Shown here piece after piece: positions 48,729 to 62,305 of a stretch of DNA of 64,000 nt. The translations under genes and the position numbers were made by a program. Source of the stretch: Amphiscolops sp. MND2022 (lineage: Eukaryota); assembly GCA_964187785.1 (NCBI GenBank), contig OZ076409.1:38566001-38630000 (forward strand), read 5' to 3'. Numbering within the stretch: the stretch's first letter is position 1; each line of letters opens with the position of its first letter. Below the pieces are notes generated by a model. The model was not told the origin of the DNA and ran no database searches. It worked only from the letters and a program-made list of their open reading frames with translations.

Positions 48729-49298
48729 TGTTGGAAACGAAATTTTTGAAGCATGTCGCAGAGCAAAGAAACATCTTGAACGAAATTTTTAAACAAGAGT
48801 TTCAGTCAAAAGGAAGAAAGTTGGACCCGAAAATTCCAAAAAGCACTTTGGAGCTACTATATATAAAACATTCTGCTGATATTCGTTAAATGATATAATT
48901 TTACACTCTGTTTGATGCCCTATTTATTGAATAATACTTTTTGGTTCATTAAAACTGCTACGCGCTGCTGGGCAGCCAATCAAACTCTTAGCTGACTTCT
49001 TCATTGACAAGACTTTGATTTTACGTTGAATCTCTCAAAAGTTTCACCGCAGTTTTTTGTCAATATTTCCTTTGCTCAAGCCAAAGTGGCTTCTTGAACC
49101 AAAGAATTACAATAATTGGACAATTCTTTTTATAATAATTGTTTTATCTCACAAATTGTGAGTGGTCCGTCGACAAAAAAGATTCGTTAGCTCTAGAATA
49201 TCGATTTTTGAAGACATTGCTTGGTACATTACCGAGATTTGAAGGTTTGAAATTCAAACAAAAACTCTTTTTGAGCAATCCTAAAGAATCATTGTACA
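48729..49298 (+). repeat. 5' LTR of BEL/Pao 2
   Basis: TG...CA, direct repeat of 61734-62305. Confidence 0.93.
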
Positions 49299-49464
49299 TT
49301 TATTGGTCCTTAACGACCCGGACACTGAAGTTCCAGGACACGAAACTATCTACGCAATTTTTACTGAAAGACGAAGCCTATCAAATATTACAGATATTGC
49401 AAATTCGGCAAAATTTGAAAGTCCTTTCATCGAAATTATTAGTTGACGACATTTTAATATCAAA

Positions 49465-50082
49465 TTGATGGTGTATATCGTTGGTGCTAGTTCTTTGAAG
49501 CACGCCATCGAAAATCTTCCCCCTAGAGAAAAACGTGTTGTTGCAAAATTCGTCACCGCAGTCTCATCATTGAGTTTAAATCCCAATACTTCTCCCAAAA
49601 GGCCTCTTATCAACCTATCTCACCTATTGGAACGAGGGTATTTACGTCAAAAAACAAATTTAGTAATTTGGCACGACGTTATCATTAACAGCCTCACCAA
49701 ACATAAGTCTAATTCTTACACTGGTCTTAAAGGAGGTCAACTCGCGTCAATTTTGCTAACATACAAGGAACGAATAGCAGCTATTGTGTATTGCCAAAGG
49801 TTCGGAGCGCCCCAAATCTTCGAAGCTTTACGGTCAACCAATATTGTAGTCATCAGAGTTACAAAAAACTTGATTTCACGTCGCAGACAACGGGATAACT
49901 TACTCTTACATCAATATTTGCAGCTACATCAAGAAGGATCGCTGGAGATTCGTTCCTTACAGCTTGTTTTGAAGTACTCCACCAATTTGAAAGCCCTCTC
50001 GCAGAATACAAGGCGGCCGAGGAAACAACTTTCGCAGAAAAAACGGCGATTCTTTCTGAAAAAATCGTCTAAAACTGATTAG
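49465..50082 (+). CDS. Extra ORF upstream of gag: SGNH/GDSL-hydrolase-like protein with basic tail
   Basis: Intact 205-aa ORF between the PBS and gag. YIVGASSL (block I-like), VIWHDVIIN, LQLHQ (block V-like). The fold is an inference. Confidence 0.6.
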   Translation: MMVYIVGASSLKHAIENLPPREKRVVAKFVTAVSSLSLNPNTSPKRPLINLSHLLERGYLRQKTNLVIWHDVIINSLTKHKSNSYTGLKGGQLASILLTYKERIAAIVYCQRFGAPQIFEALRSTNIVVIRVTKNLISRRRQRDNLLLHQYLQLHQEGSLEIRSLQLVLKYSTNLKALSQNTRRPRKQLSQKKRRFFLKKSSKTD

Positions 50083-50296
50083 GTTAGACTTAATTCGCGT
50101 CTGGTTGTTAGAATTAGTGTAACCTACAGACGTGTTCTCGTCGTGGGTTTATCTGATTCTAAACTTAGGTCAGTGGATCTAGTGTAGCCTACTGTCGTGA
50201 TCTCGTCGTGGGCTTAACTGGAACTACTGCATAAGGACCTTTTTAGCTTATCAGTTGTTATCTTTCCGTAAAGAATAAAAAAATAGGCTTATTCCG

Positions 50297-53200
50297 ATGG
50301 ATGAGGAACCCGCTGCGGAAAAACTGGACCTGAAACAAACAATTAAGGTGCGAGGAGGCCACAAAGGAGCCTTTACGCGTCTAGAAAACCGTTTAGACAC
50401 GTTAGTAAATGCAGGTATTAATAATGAGAACCAGCTTTGTGAAGCTGAAGCTGTTCTTTCTAACATGAAAACGAAAGCAACAGATATTCATCGTTGGAAT
50501 TTGGAAATTCAACTAGAAACTGGAGATGATGCTAAGTTTAACGCCGAGGTAGATAATGCTTTTGAGTTTGACATACGCAGTGGCATTGCAATTGCTAGAT
50601 TAACCGCTTTAATCGAAAATTACAAAAAAAAGGTTAGAATTGAGTGATCCTACCACTTTGCGAAGAAGTTCTTCACCAAGGAGTGCCGGGGGTAAGCTCC
50701 GCTTGCCAAAGTTGAACTTGCCAACTTTCAGTGGATCGTACACTGAGTGGATGTAATTCTTTGATCTATTCAACGCGGCAGTGAACTCTAATACACAATT
50801 GAGTGACTCTGAAAAGCTCAATTATCTGCGCGCTTGCTTGAAAGGTGACGCTGCCAAATTGATTTGCTCGGTTTCAATAACTGATGCCAATTACGCTATT
50901 GCTCTGGGCTTACTGACCGATAGATACGCCAACAAACGTAGCATCGTACAAGCTCATCTCCAATCAATTTGGTCTCAACCCTCAATGAAAGTTGCATCTG
51001 CAAGCGGCCTCAGAAAACTGTTGGAAGTCACAAATGAGCATCTTAGATCCTTGAAAGAACTCGGGCAACCCACTGATCAATGGGATTCGCTCCTCGTGTT
51101 TTGGCTTTCAGAAAAAATGGATCCCGAGTCTCGCAAGCAATGGCAACTTGCGCATCCAGGGACCGAACTTCTGACCTGGGATCAATTTGCACAGTTTCTC
51201 AATACAAGAATTCGAGCACTAGAGTCGAGTGGATCAAAGCCAGTTTCCCAACAAGCGGGCAATCAGAATGTACGCGAGAGACAAGCGAAGGTTTACACTG
51301 CCTCTGTATCATGTATAGATGGATGCAATGAAGAACACAAGTTACACGAGTGTCAGAAATTCAAAACTCTTTCAATACCGGAACGCTTTAATGTTGTGAA
51401 AACCAAACGTGGATGCTATAATTGTCTTCAACTTTGCCACAATGTCAGTAAATGTTCCTCTAAGTTTACATGTAGAGAGTGCAGACAGAAACATCATACC
51501 TTGTTGCATCGCCCTTCTCAAGTGAAAACTACTTCCGTCGAGGTTCAAGAGACTTCGCAAGAAATTCATGCTACCTCCGTCGTAGAAACAGTTTCAAATG
51601 TCCAATGTGGAGCTGTCAGTCTGAAGAAAACTGTTCTTTTATCAACAGCATATGTCATGATCAAGGATGCCAATGGCACTCCACTGACTCTCCGAGCTAT
51701 GCTTGACTCTGGATCACAAGCTAGCTTTATTAGTGAAAGTAGAGCCAATGCTTTAAAAGTAAAAGTTCTTGGAGATTCAATCAGTATAACGCCGTTTGGA
51801 TCATCATCTTCACAAAAAACGAAAGGAGTTTTGTCAACTGTCCTAAATGATGCAGTTTATGTCGATCTTCACGTTGTTCCCAAGATTTCAAATCTTGTTC
51901 CCCCTCAAAAGGTGATGATTCCAACGCTGGAAAGCGTCAAAAATCTCAAGTTAGCTGATCCAAACTTCAATTCTCCAGGACGAATTGATATTTTGCTTGG
52001 AGCAGATGTTCTGGAAGATGTGATGAAAGAAGGAAAGTTCAAAGAGAAGGGGCTACACATCCGAAACTCAATTTTTGGGTGGATTGTCTCTGGGCCTGTT
52101 CAACAGAGTAATGAAAGCAACACAAACAACATGGTTCATGTTAACAAAGTCGACATCACCCAATTTTGGGAACTTGAAAACGTACCTGAAGAAAAACATT
52201 TGACTAAATCAGAACGGGAATGCGTTGAGCATTTCGATCGTACAACGAAGCGGAACAATGATGGAAGGTTCATCGTTGAGATGCCAATGAAATCTTGTGG
52301 ACCCACATTGGGATCAAGCAAAGCTATCGCAATGCGCCGACTTCTCAATCTCGAGAAGAAACTAAACAATGACTTATCTTTAAAGGAGCGATACTCTTCG
52401 TTCATCCAAGAATTCATTGATCTTGGACATTTAGAAAAGGTGCCGGACGATCAATTGGATAATCCAAGAAACTTCTACTTGCCGCATCATTGCGTGACAA
52501 AGGAAGACAGCTCCACCACAAAACTTCGCGTTGTCTTCGATGCTAGTGCGAAAACTACCACCGGCTACTCGCTCAATGATTGTTTGTTAGTTGGACCGAA
52601 ATGTCAAGACGATTTGTTTAACATTTTAATCAGGTTTCGCATGTTCAAAATTGCAATGTCAGCAGATGTGGCGAAAATGTACCGCCAAGTTGAACTCTCT
52701 CTTGAAGATCGTGATTTGCACAGAATTCTATGGCGCAAGAATCCGACAGAACCAATTTTGACGTATCGAATGACTCGAGTAACCTATGGTGTTGCAAGTT
52801 CTTCCTTTCATGCAATCAGATCACTTCTAGATTGTGCCAAGTTCCCGAACACACCCGAAATGGTGAAGAAAGCCATTGAACGCGACTTCTATGTCGATGA
52901 TATTCTCACTGGTGCAAAAAATTTGGAAGAGGCGAAATTATTACAGACAGGTCTCATTGAGACCCTGAAACAAGGACAATTTGATCTACGTAAATGGACA
53001 TGCAGTGATCCCCGACTAACCCAAACCTTACTCCTGAATATCGCGAGGCAAGCGAAAACTTTCAATTTCTGAATGAGAACCACACCATCAAGACACTTGG
53101 AATTGTCTGGAGTCCTATCAAGGACAAATTCACATTCACCGTTAAACACCTGAAGTTGGACTTAACCGAAAGGCTTACGAAAAGACAAATCCCGAGCGAT

Positions 53201-55510
53201 ATTGCCAAGGTTTTTGATCCCCTTGGTTGGCTTTCACCGGTCATCTTGCAATTGAAGCAGCTAATGCAGGAAGTCTGGAAGTGCAAAACTGATTGGGATG
53301 CCCTCCTTCCTTCTGACATTGCGAAGTTTTATTGCCAATGGAGGTCAAAGTTGATGATTCTGAATGAAATTGCGATTGATCGACTCGCTCTTTGCAACGA
53401 GCAATTTGATGAAGTCAATCTACACCTCTTTTGCGACGCCTCGGAAAAAGGTTATGCAGCCTGTGTTTATGTTGTTTCTTGTGACACACAAGGTAACATC
53501 AAATCCAGCCTACTGACTGGTAAATCAAAGGTTTCCCCGTTGAAAACTCACTCCATTCCTCGACTTGAACTGTGCGCTGCACTACTAGGGGTGAATCTTT
53601 TGGACGCCGTAGTTAAAAGTCTTTCAAAGCTGAAGATGAAATTTCAGTCAAAACACGCATGGACAGACTCAACAATTGTTTTAGCTTGGCTTTTGAAGGA
53701 GCCTAGTCAATGGTCCACTTTCGTGGCGAATAGGATTTCTAAAATTCAGGAACATGCGGATCTTACTTGGCGACATGTACCAAGTGAAGATAACGCAGCT
53801 GATGCTGCATCCAGAGGAATTGACCCTCATGCGCTGAAGGATCATTTGCTTTGGTGGTCTGGTCCTCAGTGGTTGGTCACCAACAAGTTTCCAGAACAGC
53901 GTCAGTTTTGCGAGACAAAAGAAGAATTGAAACGCGTAGATCACAAGGTAAAACAGATTGACCCTAATCAAATGGTACTAACCGTAACAGAGTCAAAGAA
54001 TGCGAAGATGAATTTTGATTTGGCGAAACAAAATTCCTTCAAAAAGTCACTGAGAATTGTTGCAACTGTTAAGCGAGCACTTTTCCGGTTCAAAGGAGAA
54101 GATAAAAAATTTCCAAGTTACATAACATCTGATGAAAGCACTGAATCGCTGTTCATCCTACTACGACAGGAACAAGGCTTGTTCTACAAGGATGAGGTAT
54201 CAACTTTGAAGACCAAGAGCCAAGTGGACAAAACCAGTAGGATTTTAAAGCTCTACCCTTTTCTTCATGAAAATGTTTTGTGCGTGGGTGGACGTCTCGT
54301 GCATGCGAATTTACCCGACGAGGCGAAGTACCAAAGAATTGTTCCTCCTTAGAGTCAACTTGCTCGATTAATCATCGCTAACGCCCATGAAAAAACCCTG
54401 CATGGTGGTACCAACCAAGTCCTGGCACAAATCAGAACAAACTTTTGGATCCCAGCCAGTCGTGGAAAAATCAGAAAATTTATTCTCAATTGTGTGAAGT
54501 GTAGTCGGTTTACAGCAAAAGCCAACATGCCCCTTATGGGTGACCTTCCCAAATCGCGCATAGACGTGCCAACAAAAGCCTTTCAAGATGTGGGAATAGA
54601 CTTTGGAGGTCCCTTCATTTGTAAGGGAATTCATACAAAATCAATAAAGGCATACCTCGCTCTTTTCGTCTGCTTCGCTAGTCGCGCAGTGCACCTCGAA
54701 GCAGTTCCTGATTTAACAACACAAGCTTGTATCGCTGCTCTACGCCGTTTTACTGCCAGGCGAGGATGCCCAGCTATGATTTACACTGACAATGGATCAA
54801 ATTTCGCAGGTACAAAAACTGAAATTGAATCGTTACAGAATATTTTGAAAAATGAGCACGCAGACTCCTTTCAAGCCGAAGCTGCCAATTTGAACATGAA
54901 ATGGAATCTTATACCGCCACGTGCTCCTCATTTCGGAGGGCTTTGGGAGGCCTCAATTAAAAGTGCCAAATACGATTTGAGGAGAGTTATGGGGAACAAT
55001 GTGCTCACTTTTGAGGAATTAACAACATTGTTTTGCCAAATCGAATGGGTCCTGAAGTCAAGACCTATAGGCGTCCTGTCAGACGATCCAAAGGATCCCA
55101 AGCATTTAACACCGGCACACCTTTGTTGTGGTGGAAACTTAGAAGCTTTCCCAATGAAAACATCTAGCGTACCAGATGATATCAAAAAATGTTCTCCATA
55201 AAAACGTTGGGTTTTTTTGCAAAATCTCATAGGTAGTTTTTGGAAGCGTTGGACAAAAGAATACGTTTCCTCATTGCAAGAACGTTTAAAATGGAAAAGT
55301 GAAAATAAAAATTTAAGAATCGGTGATCTTGTATATTTGACCGATGATAATGTTGCTCCGCTCCAGTGGCCTCTCGGTCGTATAACGTATGTACATAGCG
55401 GACCCGACAAATTCGTACGCGTTGTAAAAGTAAAAACTTCTAACGGTGTTTTTAACAGACCAGTAGACAAACTACGGAAGCTTCCCTTACTGAATGACAG
55501 TTTGGAGTAA
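50297..55510 (+). pseudogene. BEL/Pao 2 gag-pol with a few stops and frameshifts
   Basis: LPKLNLPTFSG, three Cys/His knuckles, LDSGSQ, YLPHH, YVDD, FCDAS, GIDFGGP, APHFGGLWE. Confidence 0.93.
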
Positions 55511-55622
55511 ATCTCAAACACGTTGGAGCATTGATACATTTTATGGAACTATTGCTGAGTGATCAACAGTTATTAAAGAATCTTCCTATTTGATTTACTG
55601 GGCGAAATCAAGGCGGCCGGTA

Positions 55623-55972
55623 TGTTGGAAACGAAATTTTTGAAGCATGTCGCAGAGTAAAGAAACATCTTGAACGAAATTTTTATACAAGAGTTTCAGT
55701 CAAAAGGAAGAAAGTTGGACCCGAAAATTCCAAAAAGCACTTTGGAGCTACTATATATAAAACATTCTGCTGATATTCGTTAAATGATATAATTTTACAC
55801 TCTGTTTGATGCCCTATTTATTGAATAATACTTTTTGGTTCATTAAAACTGCTACGCGCTGCTGGGCAGCCAATCAAATTCTTATGGTTGACTTCTTCAT
55901 TGACAAGACTTTGATTTTACGTTGAATCTCTCAAAAGTTTCATCGCAGTTTTTTGTCAATATTTCCTTTGCT
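55623..55972 (+). repeat. Truncated extra copy of the BEL/Pao 2 3' LTR
   Basis: Shares diagnostic variants with 61734-62083 and is cut by the Copia 2 LTR. Confidence 0.9.
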
Positions 55973-58900
55973 TTTCAAAACAGGTTGGGTAGGAATGAAG
56001 AACTGAATTGAGATTGATTAGTTATGATCAGACTTGGTTTATGTATTTACAATTGCAATTGATGGTAGAAATGGTTCAGCATCGGGTATATATAGCACCG
56101 CGACAGGTACCTGTCAGTAAACAAAAAGTGTGCGGTATCAAGAGTTGTCTGTTGTATCGCACAAACAGGTACATCAATGTGCGGCATCAAAAGTTGTGTG
56201 TGCGATGTCATCTGGCAGGTACTTGAACCTTAGGGGTCGTGGCTCATCATTTGATCGTTCCCGCCTTGCGAGGCGGATGGCAAACCTTGATACCCCCGCA
56301 TTGCCGACAGCCGAGCAAGGTGTTGTTGCGTCTTTGTCTTACCCAGTCCCTTCGTGAAAATGTCAGCGCAATTGTCACCACTTGCAATAAACTTCAGATC
56401 AATCGACTGATTCTTCACTGTCTCCCGCACATACGCCATCCGAGTTGCAAAGTGTTTCGTCTTTGCGCTGTTGTCATCTCTGGTTGCTAATGCTGGGCAC
56501 GATTGACTGTCGGTGAACAAAGTCGTCGCTATGGATTCTCCAAGAGTGTCCAGAATCCCCCGCAAATGCACCGCTTCCTTTACAGCTTCGCTCAAGGCAT
56601 GAATTTCTGCCTCAGTGGTTGAAGTCGCTACACATGTTTGTCGTCTAGCAGCCCACGATATTGCCACACTACCCACGTTGAAGCAAAAACCAGTGATGCT
56701 TCGTCTATCGTCCTTGCAGCTGGCATAGTCTGAATTCGTGTATCCATTTAGGCCTGTATCATCGCACTTCATGAAGGTGATGCCCACGTCAGCTGTACCT
56801 CTGAGGTAGCGTAACACGTGCTTCGCTGCTTGCCAGTGAGCAAATCCAGGGTTGCTAAGAAATCGAGAAAGTAGAAGGGCCGGGAATGCCAGGTCAGGTC
56901 GAGTGGACAGTGAGAGGTAAGCAATGCTACCCACCAGGCCTCTGTAGTCATGTCTCAACATTTGCTGTTGCTCATCTGATCCGTCTTCTGGCATCTGATC
57001 CTTCGTCAGATCCAGCTTGTCTGCGAGTGGTGTTGAAGCTGCCTTGCACTCGCCCATACACCGTGTTTGCGAAGTAGGTTGCTCACATACCCCTGATGCT
57101 TCATTGTCAGCGAACCGTCACCCCACTTGAAGGAAATTCCCAAGAACCACGTCAGAGGACCGCTTTCGCCAATGTTGAACCGCTCGCTCATCTTGTCATT
57201 GAACCACGTGGTAAATTGACTGTCGGTTGACCCGTAAAGAATATCATCCACCCAGATCACTATCCAGCACTTGTGACCATTCCTCGTCAGAGTCAGCAAG
57301 CAAGGGTCGTGAAGTGATGCCTTGAAGTTGAGCTCAAACAGATGGGAAGAGAGACACTCATACCAATTGCGCCCCGATTGTTTTAGTCCATAATGTGACC
57401 GCTTAAGCTTGCACACCATCTGTTTGCCCTTTTGGTACCCCTCTGGCTGCTCCATGTAGATGTCTTCTTGAATTGGTGCGTTCAGGTATGCTGTCTTTAT
57501 GTCCATCTGATTGAAATGCATACCCAGCTTCACCCCACATGCCAGGACAGTTCTGAGTGTAGACAGCTTCGCCGTTGGTGAGTAGGTGTCGTGAAAATCA
57601 ATGCCTGGCGTCTGAGTGAACCCCCGTGCCACGAATCGCGCCTTGTACTTCACCACGTTTCCTTCGTCATCTAGTTTATGAGCAAAATGCCACTTTCCGC
57701 TGATGATGCCTTGTCCTGATGGTGGCTTGACTAGCTCCCAGACACCATTTTCTTCCAAAGATTTGATTTCTCTGTCCATCGCTGCTTTCCAGTTGGGATC
57801 CGCCAGGGCGTCTGCTGTATTGCTTGGAGGGCCGCTTGAAATCAAAGCATCACAGTGAAGTGCCAGGTTCTCCAATTCTCTCCCTCTCACATAGTCGCCG
57901 AAGTGTTGAGGCGCCCTTCGAGTCCTTCCCGAACATCTGGTTGTCGTCTGCTGCACTGCTGTTGTACTGTCTGTAACATTGGGTGTCCCATCGTCTGGAT
58001 TAATGTTAGCTTCTGATTCGCCCTGGATTGCACGGGTTTTCGTAGATGTGGTCTCGTATTGTTCATCTGACCCCGATTTCAGATCACCAACATCTGATTG
58101 AGATGCATCATCGTCCTCGCTCTCCCCTTGGGTGACGGCAGAACCACGTTGGTAAGGAAACACATCGTCGTTGAAGTTGACGTTTCGTGATACCCAGACC
58201 TTTGGTGCCCTTGTCTCTGACCCGTTTGTTGAGGCTACTACATATGCCTTAGAATTTCCCGAGTACCTCAGTAGAATAGCTTCCCGTGCCTTGCTGTCCA
58301 GCTTCTTCCCGACTTCGTTGAGCACAAACGACTGGCACCCAAACACGTGAAGATGTGAACGGTCAGGCTTCCTTCCGTGAAACATCTCAAAAGGGGTCTT
58401 GCCATGCGCCGAGTGGATTGCTCGATTCTTCAGGTAGATGGCAGTTGAAAGAGCAAAAGGCCAAAACTGCTTTGGGACCCCTGCAGTTGCCATCATGCAT
58501 CGCGTCATGCCAGTCACAGTGCCCCATGCTCGCTCAATTTTGCCGTTTTCTTCGGGTGTGTAGGGGGCAGAGAATTCCTGTTTGATGCCATTGGATGTGC
58601 ACAAGTCACTGAACTGCTTTGACTTGAACTCGAGAGCCCCGTCTGAAACCCAGGTGCCAGGCCGGCCAACATCGATGATGAATCGTTGTAACTTTGCGGT
58701 GACCTCATCCTTTGACTTCATTGGGTATACTGCCCCGAAACGGCTGTAACTGTCGATGAAGCCCACTGCATAGCGAAAACCCTCGTGGGACTCCTGCTGA
58801 ATGGGTCCGAGCACGTCTGTGTGAACGATAGCCAGTTTCGTTTTCGCTCGATTGCCCCACGTCTTCGGAATGGATGCCCGCTTCGCCTTCTCGGTGCAGC

Positions 58901-60707
58901 AGATGTTGCAGTTCGTCTTCTTTTCAGAGCCAGAGATGTTCATGCCCACGACCTCTTGCTGCAACTTTGCCACATCGTGCCAGTTGTTGTGCCCCATCAC
59001 TCGATGCCAGTGCTTGATAGAGTGAGACATCATTGCCAGTGACCCCGTCTTCACAGGTTGAGCCATCACACTGAAAAGTTCGTCATTTGTCATCATTGGC
59101 ACAACAGTTCCATTGGGCATCTTGATGGTTGGGTCGTCATTGAACTGGATCATTGCCCCCTTGTCCGTCAATCGCTTGACCGACACCAGATTCCTCGCGT
59201 AGGATGGTACCCAGAAGGCATCCTTCAGTTCCAGTAGACAAGAACGGCCCGTATTGTCCTTCACAAAGCATCGCACTGTCCCACGTCCTCTGATCTCTGA
59301 ACGACTGCTGTTAGCGTTGCATACGTCTGCCAGAAAACCCTCGTCCAGATCAGAGAAGAGCTCTTTGTTCTTGATCATGAAGCCGTTGCACCCAGAGTCA
59401 ATGAGAAGCTCAATGCTCCCCTTGTCGTAGCAACCAGCCCTGAAAGCCCCGAAGCTGAAGAAGTCCGCTGATAAATGGTTGCTGGATTGACCCGAGCCAC
59501 ATCCTCCACTTGAGCTCTTTTGCTGTCCCTTCCTTCAAGTTGAAGCCAGATGCCCCTTCTTACCACAGTTGAAGCAAGTCCTCGTCTCCCGACTGTGGCA
59601 GTCCTAAGCTCGGTGCCCCATCTTTCCACACTTGAAGCACTTTGGAGGCTTCCTCCCGGCTGAGTGAAATGCTGTCATCGATGTCTCGCTTGAAACACAG
59701 AGACCTCTGGTTGCTGCGAAGTTGACCAAGTCCTGCTTCATCTCGTAGTACCCCTTTGCTGTGCCGAAGTTGAGGACTGCCACCACACTGTCGAAGTCAC
59801 TTGGAAGACCCTTGAGAATCATCGCTGTGAAGAGAGCATCTGAGACCACTTCCCCCGCTTCAGCCAGATCCAGTTTGAGCCCTTCTGCTTTGGTGAGGTA
59901 GTCAGTCACCTTCTCCCCTGATGTCATCTTGAGACCAGTGAGCTGTGTCATCAGTGATTGAACACGAGGCCGTTCAGTTGATTTGTGGAGCTTCGTCAAA
60001 GCTGTCCAGGCTGCAGTCCCATTCGGCTTGTGCCCTCTGATGAAGTTGATGCTTGCCTTGTCAAGGCACTGAACCAGCTCGCACCACACCATGTACTGTA
60101 GTTTGGCTCGATCTGCTTCTTCCCCCTCTCGCTTGACACGTTCATCATTCGTCTCCACATCTTTTTGAGGTGTTGTTTTGATTCTGTCCAGAAGGCAGTC
60201 AGAAAATCCCAGGGCATAGACTCTTGCTTCGAACTGCTCCAGAAAAGTGGGGAAGTCATCCTCTCGTCCACTAAACAGCAGCTTCTCTTGTCGAGAGTGT
60301 CGTGGTGCCGTCATCGTGATCTGCGCTGGTGAGGCTGTGATCAGCTAAGTAGATGGCGTCGTCTGGGAAGCTGCTGGGCCCATAACCTTTCAAAACAGGT
60401 TGGGTAGGAATGAAGAACTGAATTGAGATTGATTAGTTATGATCAGACTTGGTTTATGTATTTACAATTGCAATTGATGGTAGAAATGGTTCAGCATCGG
60501 GTATATATAGCACCGCGACAGGTACCTGTCAGTAAACAAAAAGTGTGCGGTATCAAGAGTTGTCTGTTGTATCGCACAAACAGGTACATCAATGTGCGGC
60601 ATCAAAAGTTGTGTGTGCGATGTCATCTGGCAGGTACTTGAACCTTAGGGGTCGTGGCTCATCATTTGATCGTTCCCGCCTTGCGAGGCGGATGGCAAAC
60701 CTTGATA
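55973..60707 (-). mobile_element. Ty1/Copia LTR retrotransposon 2, young and nearly intact
   Basis: Two 320-bp LTRs (55973-56292, 60388-60707), identical by eye. PBS ggttatgggcccag (60374-60387). G-run PPT. Confidence 0.95.
56230..60314 (-). pseudogene. Copia 2 gag-PR-IN-RT-RH, with frameshifts near 59610 and 57060
   Basis: CFKCGKMGH, LIDSGC, HRVMGH...CNIC, ENGKIER, YKARFVARG, WVDD, TEAE, ADIFTK. Confidence 0.93.
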
Positions 60708-61733
60708 TAAAAAGTGCCAAATACCATTTGAGGAGAGTTATGGGGAACAATGTGCTCACTTTTGAGGAATTAACAACATTGTTTTGCCAAATCGAATGGG
60801 TCCTGAACTCAAGACCTATAGGCGTCCTGTCAGACGATCCAAAGGATCCCAAGCATTTAACACCGGCACACCTTTGTTGTGGTGGAAACTTAGAAGCTTT
60901 CCCAATGAAAACATCTAGCGTACCAGATGATATCAAAAAATGTTCTCCATAAAAACGTTGGGTTTTTTTTGCAAAATCTCATAGGTAGTTTTTGGAAGCG
61001 TTGGACAAAAGAATACGTTTCCTCATTGCAAGAACGTTTAAAATGGAAAAGTGAAAACAAAAATTTAAGAATCGGTGATCTTGTATATTTGACCGATGAT
61101 AATGTTGCTCCGCTCCAGTGGCCTCTCGGTCGTATAACGTATGTACATAGCGGGGTGGCTGTAAATAGGTAGAATTTTTCTGGTCGAAAGGACTGAGGTC
61201 GAAACTTTTGATCGAATTACAGGTATCGAATGGAATGCGGTCGAATTTTATCGTATTTGTTGTATGACTCGGTCGCTTCGCTCCCTTCGCCAAGTAGCAA
61301 CATTGAGGCATGGCCATATGGCACGTCGCTCCGCTTCGCTTCGCTCCTGCATTCAGGGCACTAGGGGTATGTGAACATATCTGACTACGTTATAAAAATT
61401 TCGATCCGAGTTGTTTCGATCCCATTCAAAAATTTGGTATTGTCGACCTGAGGACTAACTCTGATTTTCAATCCCGTTCCTTCGACCTATTTCCGCCCAC
61501 CCTACATAGCGGACCCGACAAATTCGTACGCGTTGTAAAAGTAAAAACTTCTAACGGTGTTTTTAACAGACCAGTAGACAAACTACGGAAGCTTCCCTTA
61601 CTGAATGACAGTTTGGAGTAAATCTCAAACACGTTGGAGCATTGATACATTTTATGGAACTATTGCTGAGTGATCAACAGTTATTAAAGAATCTTCCTAT
61701 TTGATTTACTGGGCGAAATCAAGGCGGCCGGTA
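60708..61733 (+). pseudogene. Duplicated BEL/Pao 2 integrase C-terminus and 3' region
   Basis: Near-identical to 54957-55622 apart from the MITE insertion. Confidence 0.92.
61153..61502. mobile_element. Mutator-like MITE (350 bp)
   Basis: 9-bp TSD TACATAGCG (61144-61152, 61503-61511) and TIRs GGGTGG...CCACCC. The empty site is visible at ~55392-55400. Confidence 0.9.
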
Positions 61734-62305
61734 TGTTGGAGACGAAATTTTTGAAGCATGTCGCAGAGTAAAGAAACATCTTGAACGAAATTTTTATACA
61801 AGAGTTTCAGTCAAAAGGAAGAAAGTTGGACCCGAAAATTCCAAAAAGCACTTTGGAGCTACTATATATAAAACATTCTGCTGATATTCGTTAAATGATA
61901 TAATTTTACACTCTGTTTGATGCCCTATTTATTGAATAATACTTTTTGGTTCATTAAAACTGCTACGCGCTGCTGGGCAGCCAATCAAATTCTTATGGTT
62001 GACTTCTTCATTGACAAGACTTTGATTTTACGTTGAATCTCTCAAAAGTTTCACCGCAGTTTTTTGTCAATATTTCCTTTGCTCAAGCCAAAGTGGCTTC
62101 TTGAACCAGAGAATTACAATAATTGGACAATTCTTTTTATAATAATTGTTTTATCTCACAAATTGTGAGTGGTCCGTCGACAGAGAAGGTTCGTTAGCTC
62201 TAGAATATCGATTTTTGAAGACATTGCTTGGTACATTACCGAGATTTGAAGGTTTGAAATTCAAACAAAAACTCTTTTTGAGCAATCCTAAAGAATCATT
62301 GTACA
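61734..62305 (+). repeat. 3' LTR of BEL/Pao 2 (complete copy)
   Basis: TG...CA, preceded by aaggcggccggta and followed by the TSD. Confidence 0.93.

Larger units (their letters stand above)
48729..62305 (+). mobile_element. BEL/Pao LTR retrotransposon 2 with duplicated 3' end, containing Copia 2 and a MITE
   Basis: TSD CCGAC (48724-48728, 62306-62310). LTRs at 48729-49298, 55623-55972 (truncated) and 61734-62305. PBS at 49304-49322. Confidence 0.93.

Noticed and set aside
54928..55539. 203-aa antisense ORF and other antisense ORFs over gag-pol regions
   Set aside because: Shadow frames of retrotransposon coding sequence with no motifs.
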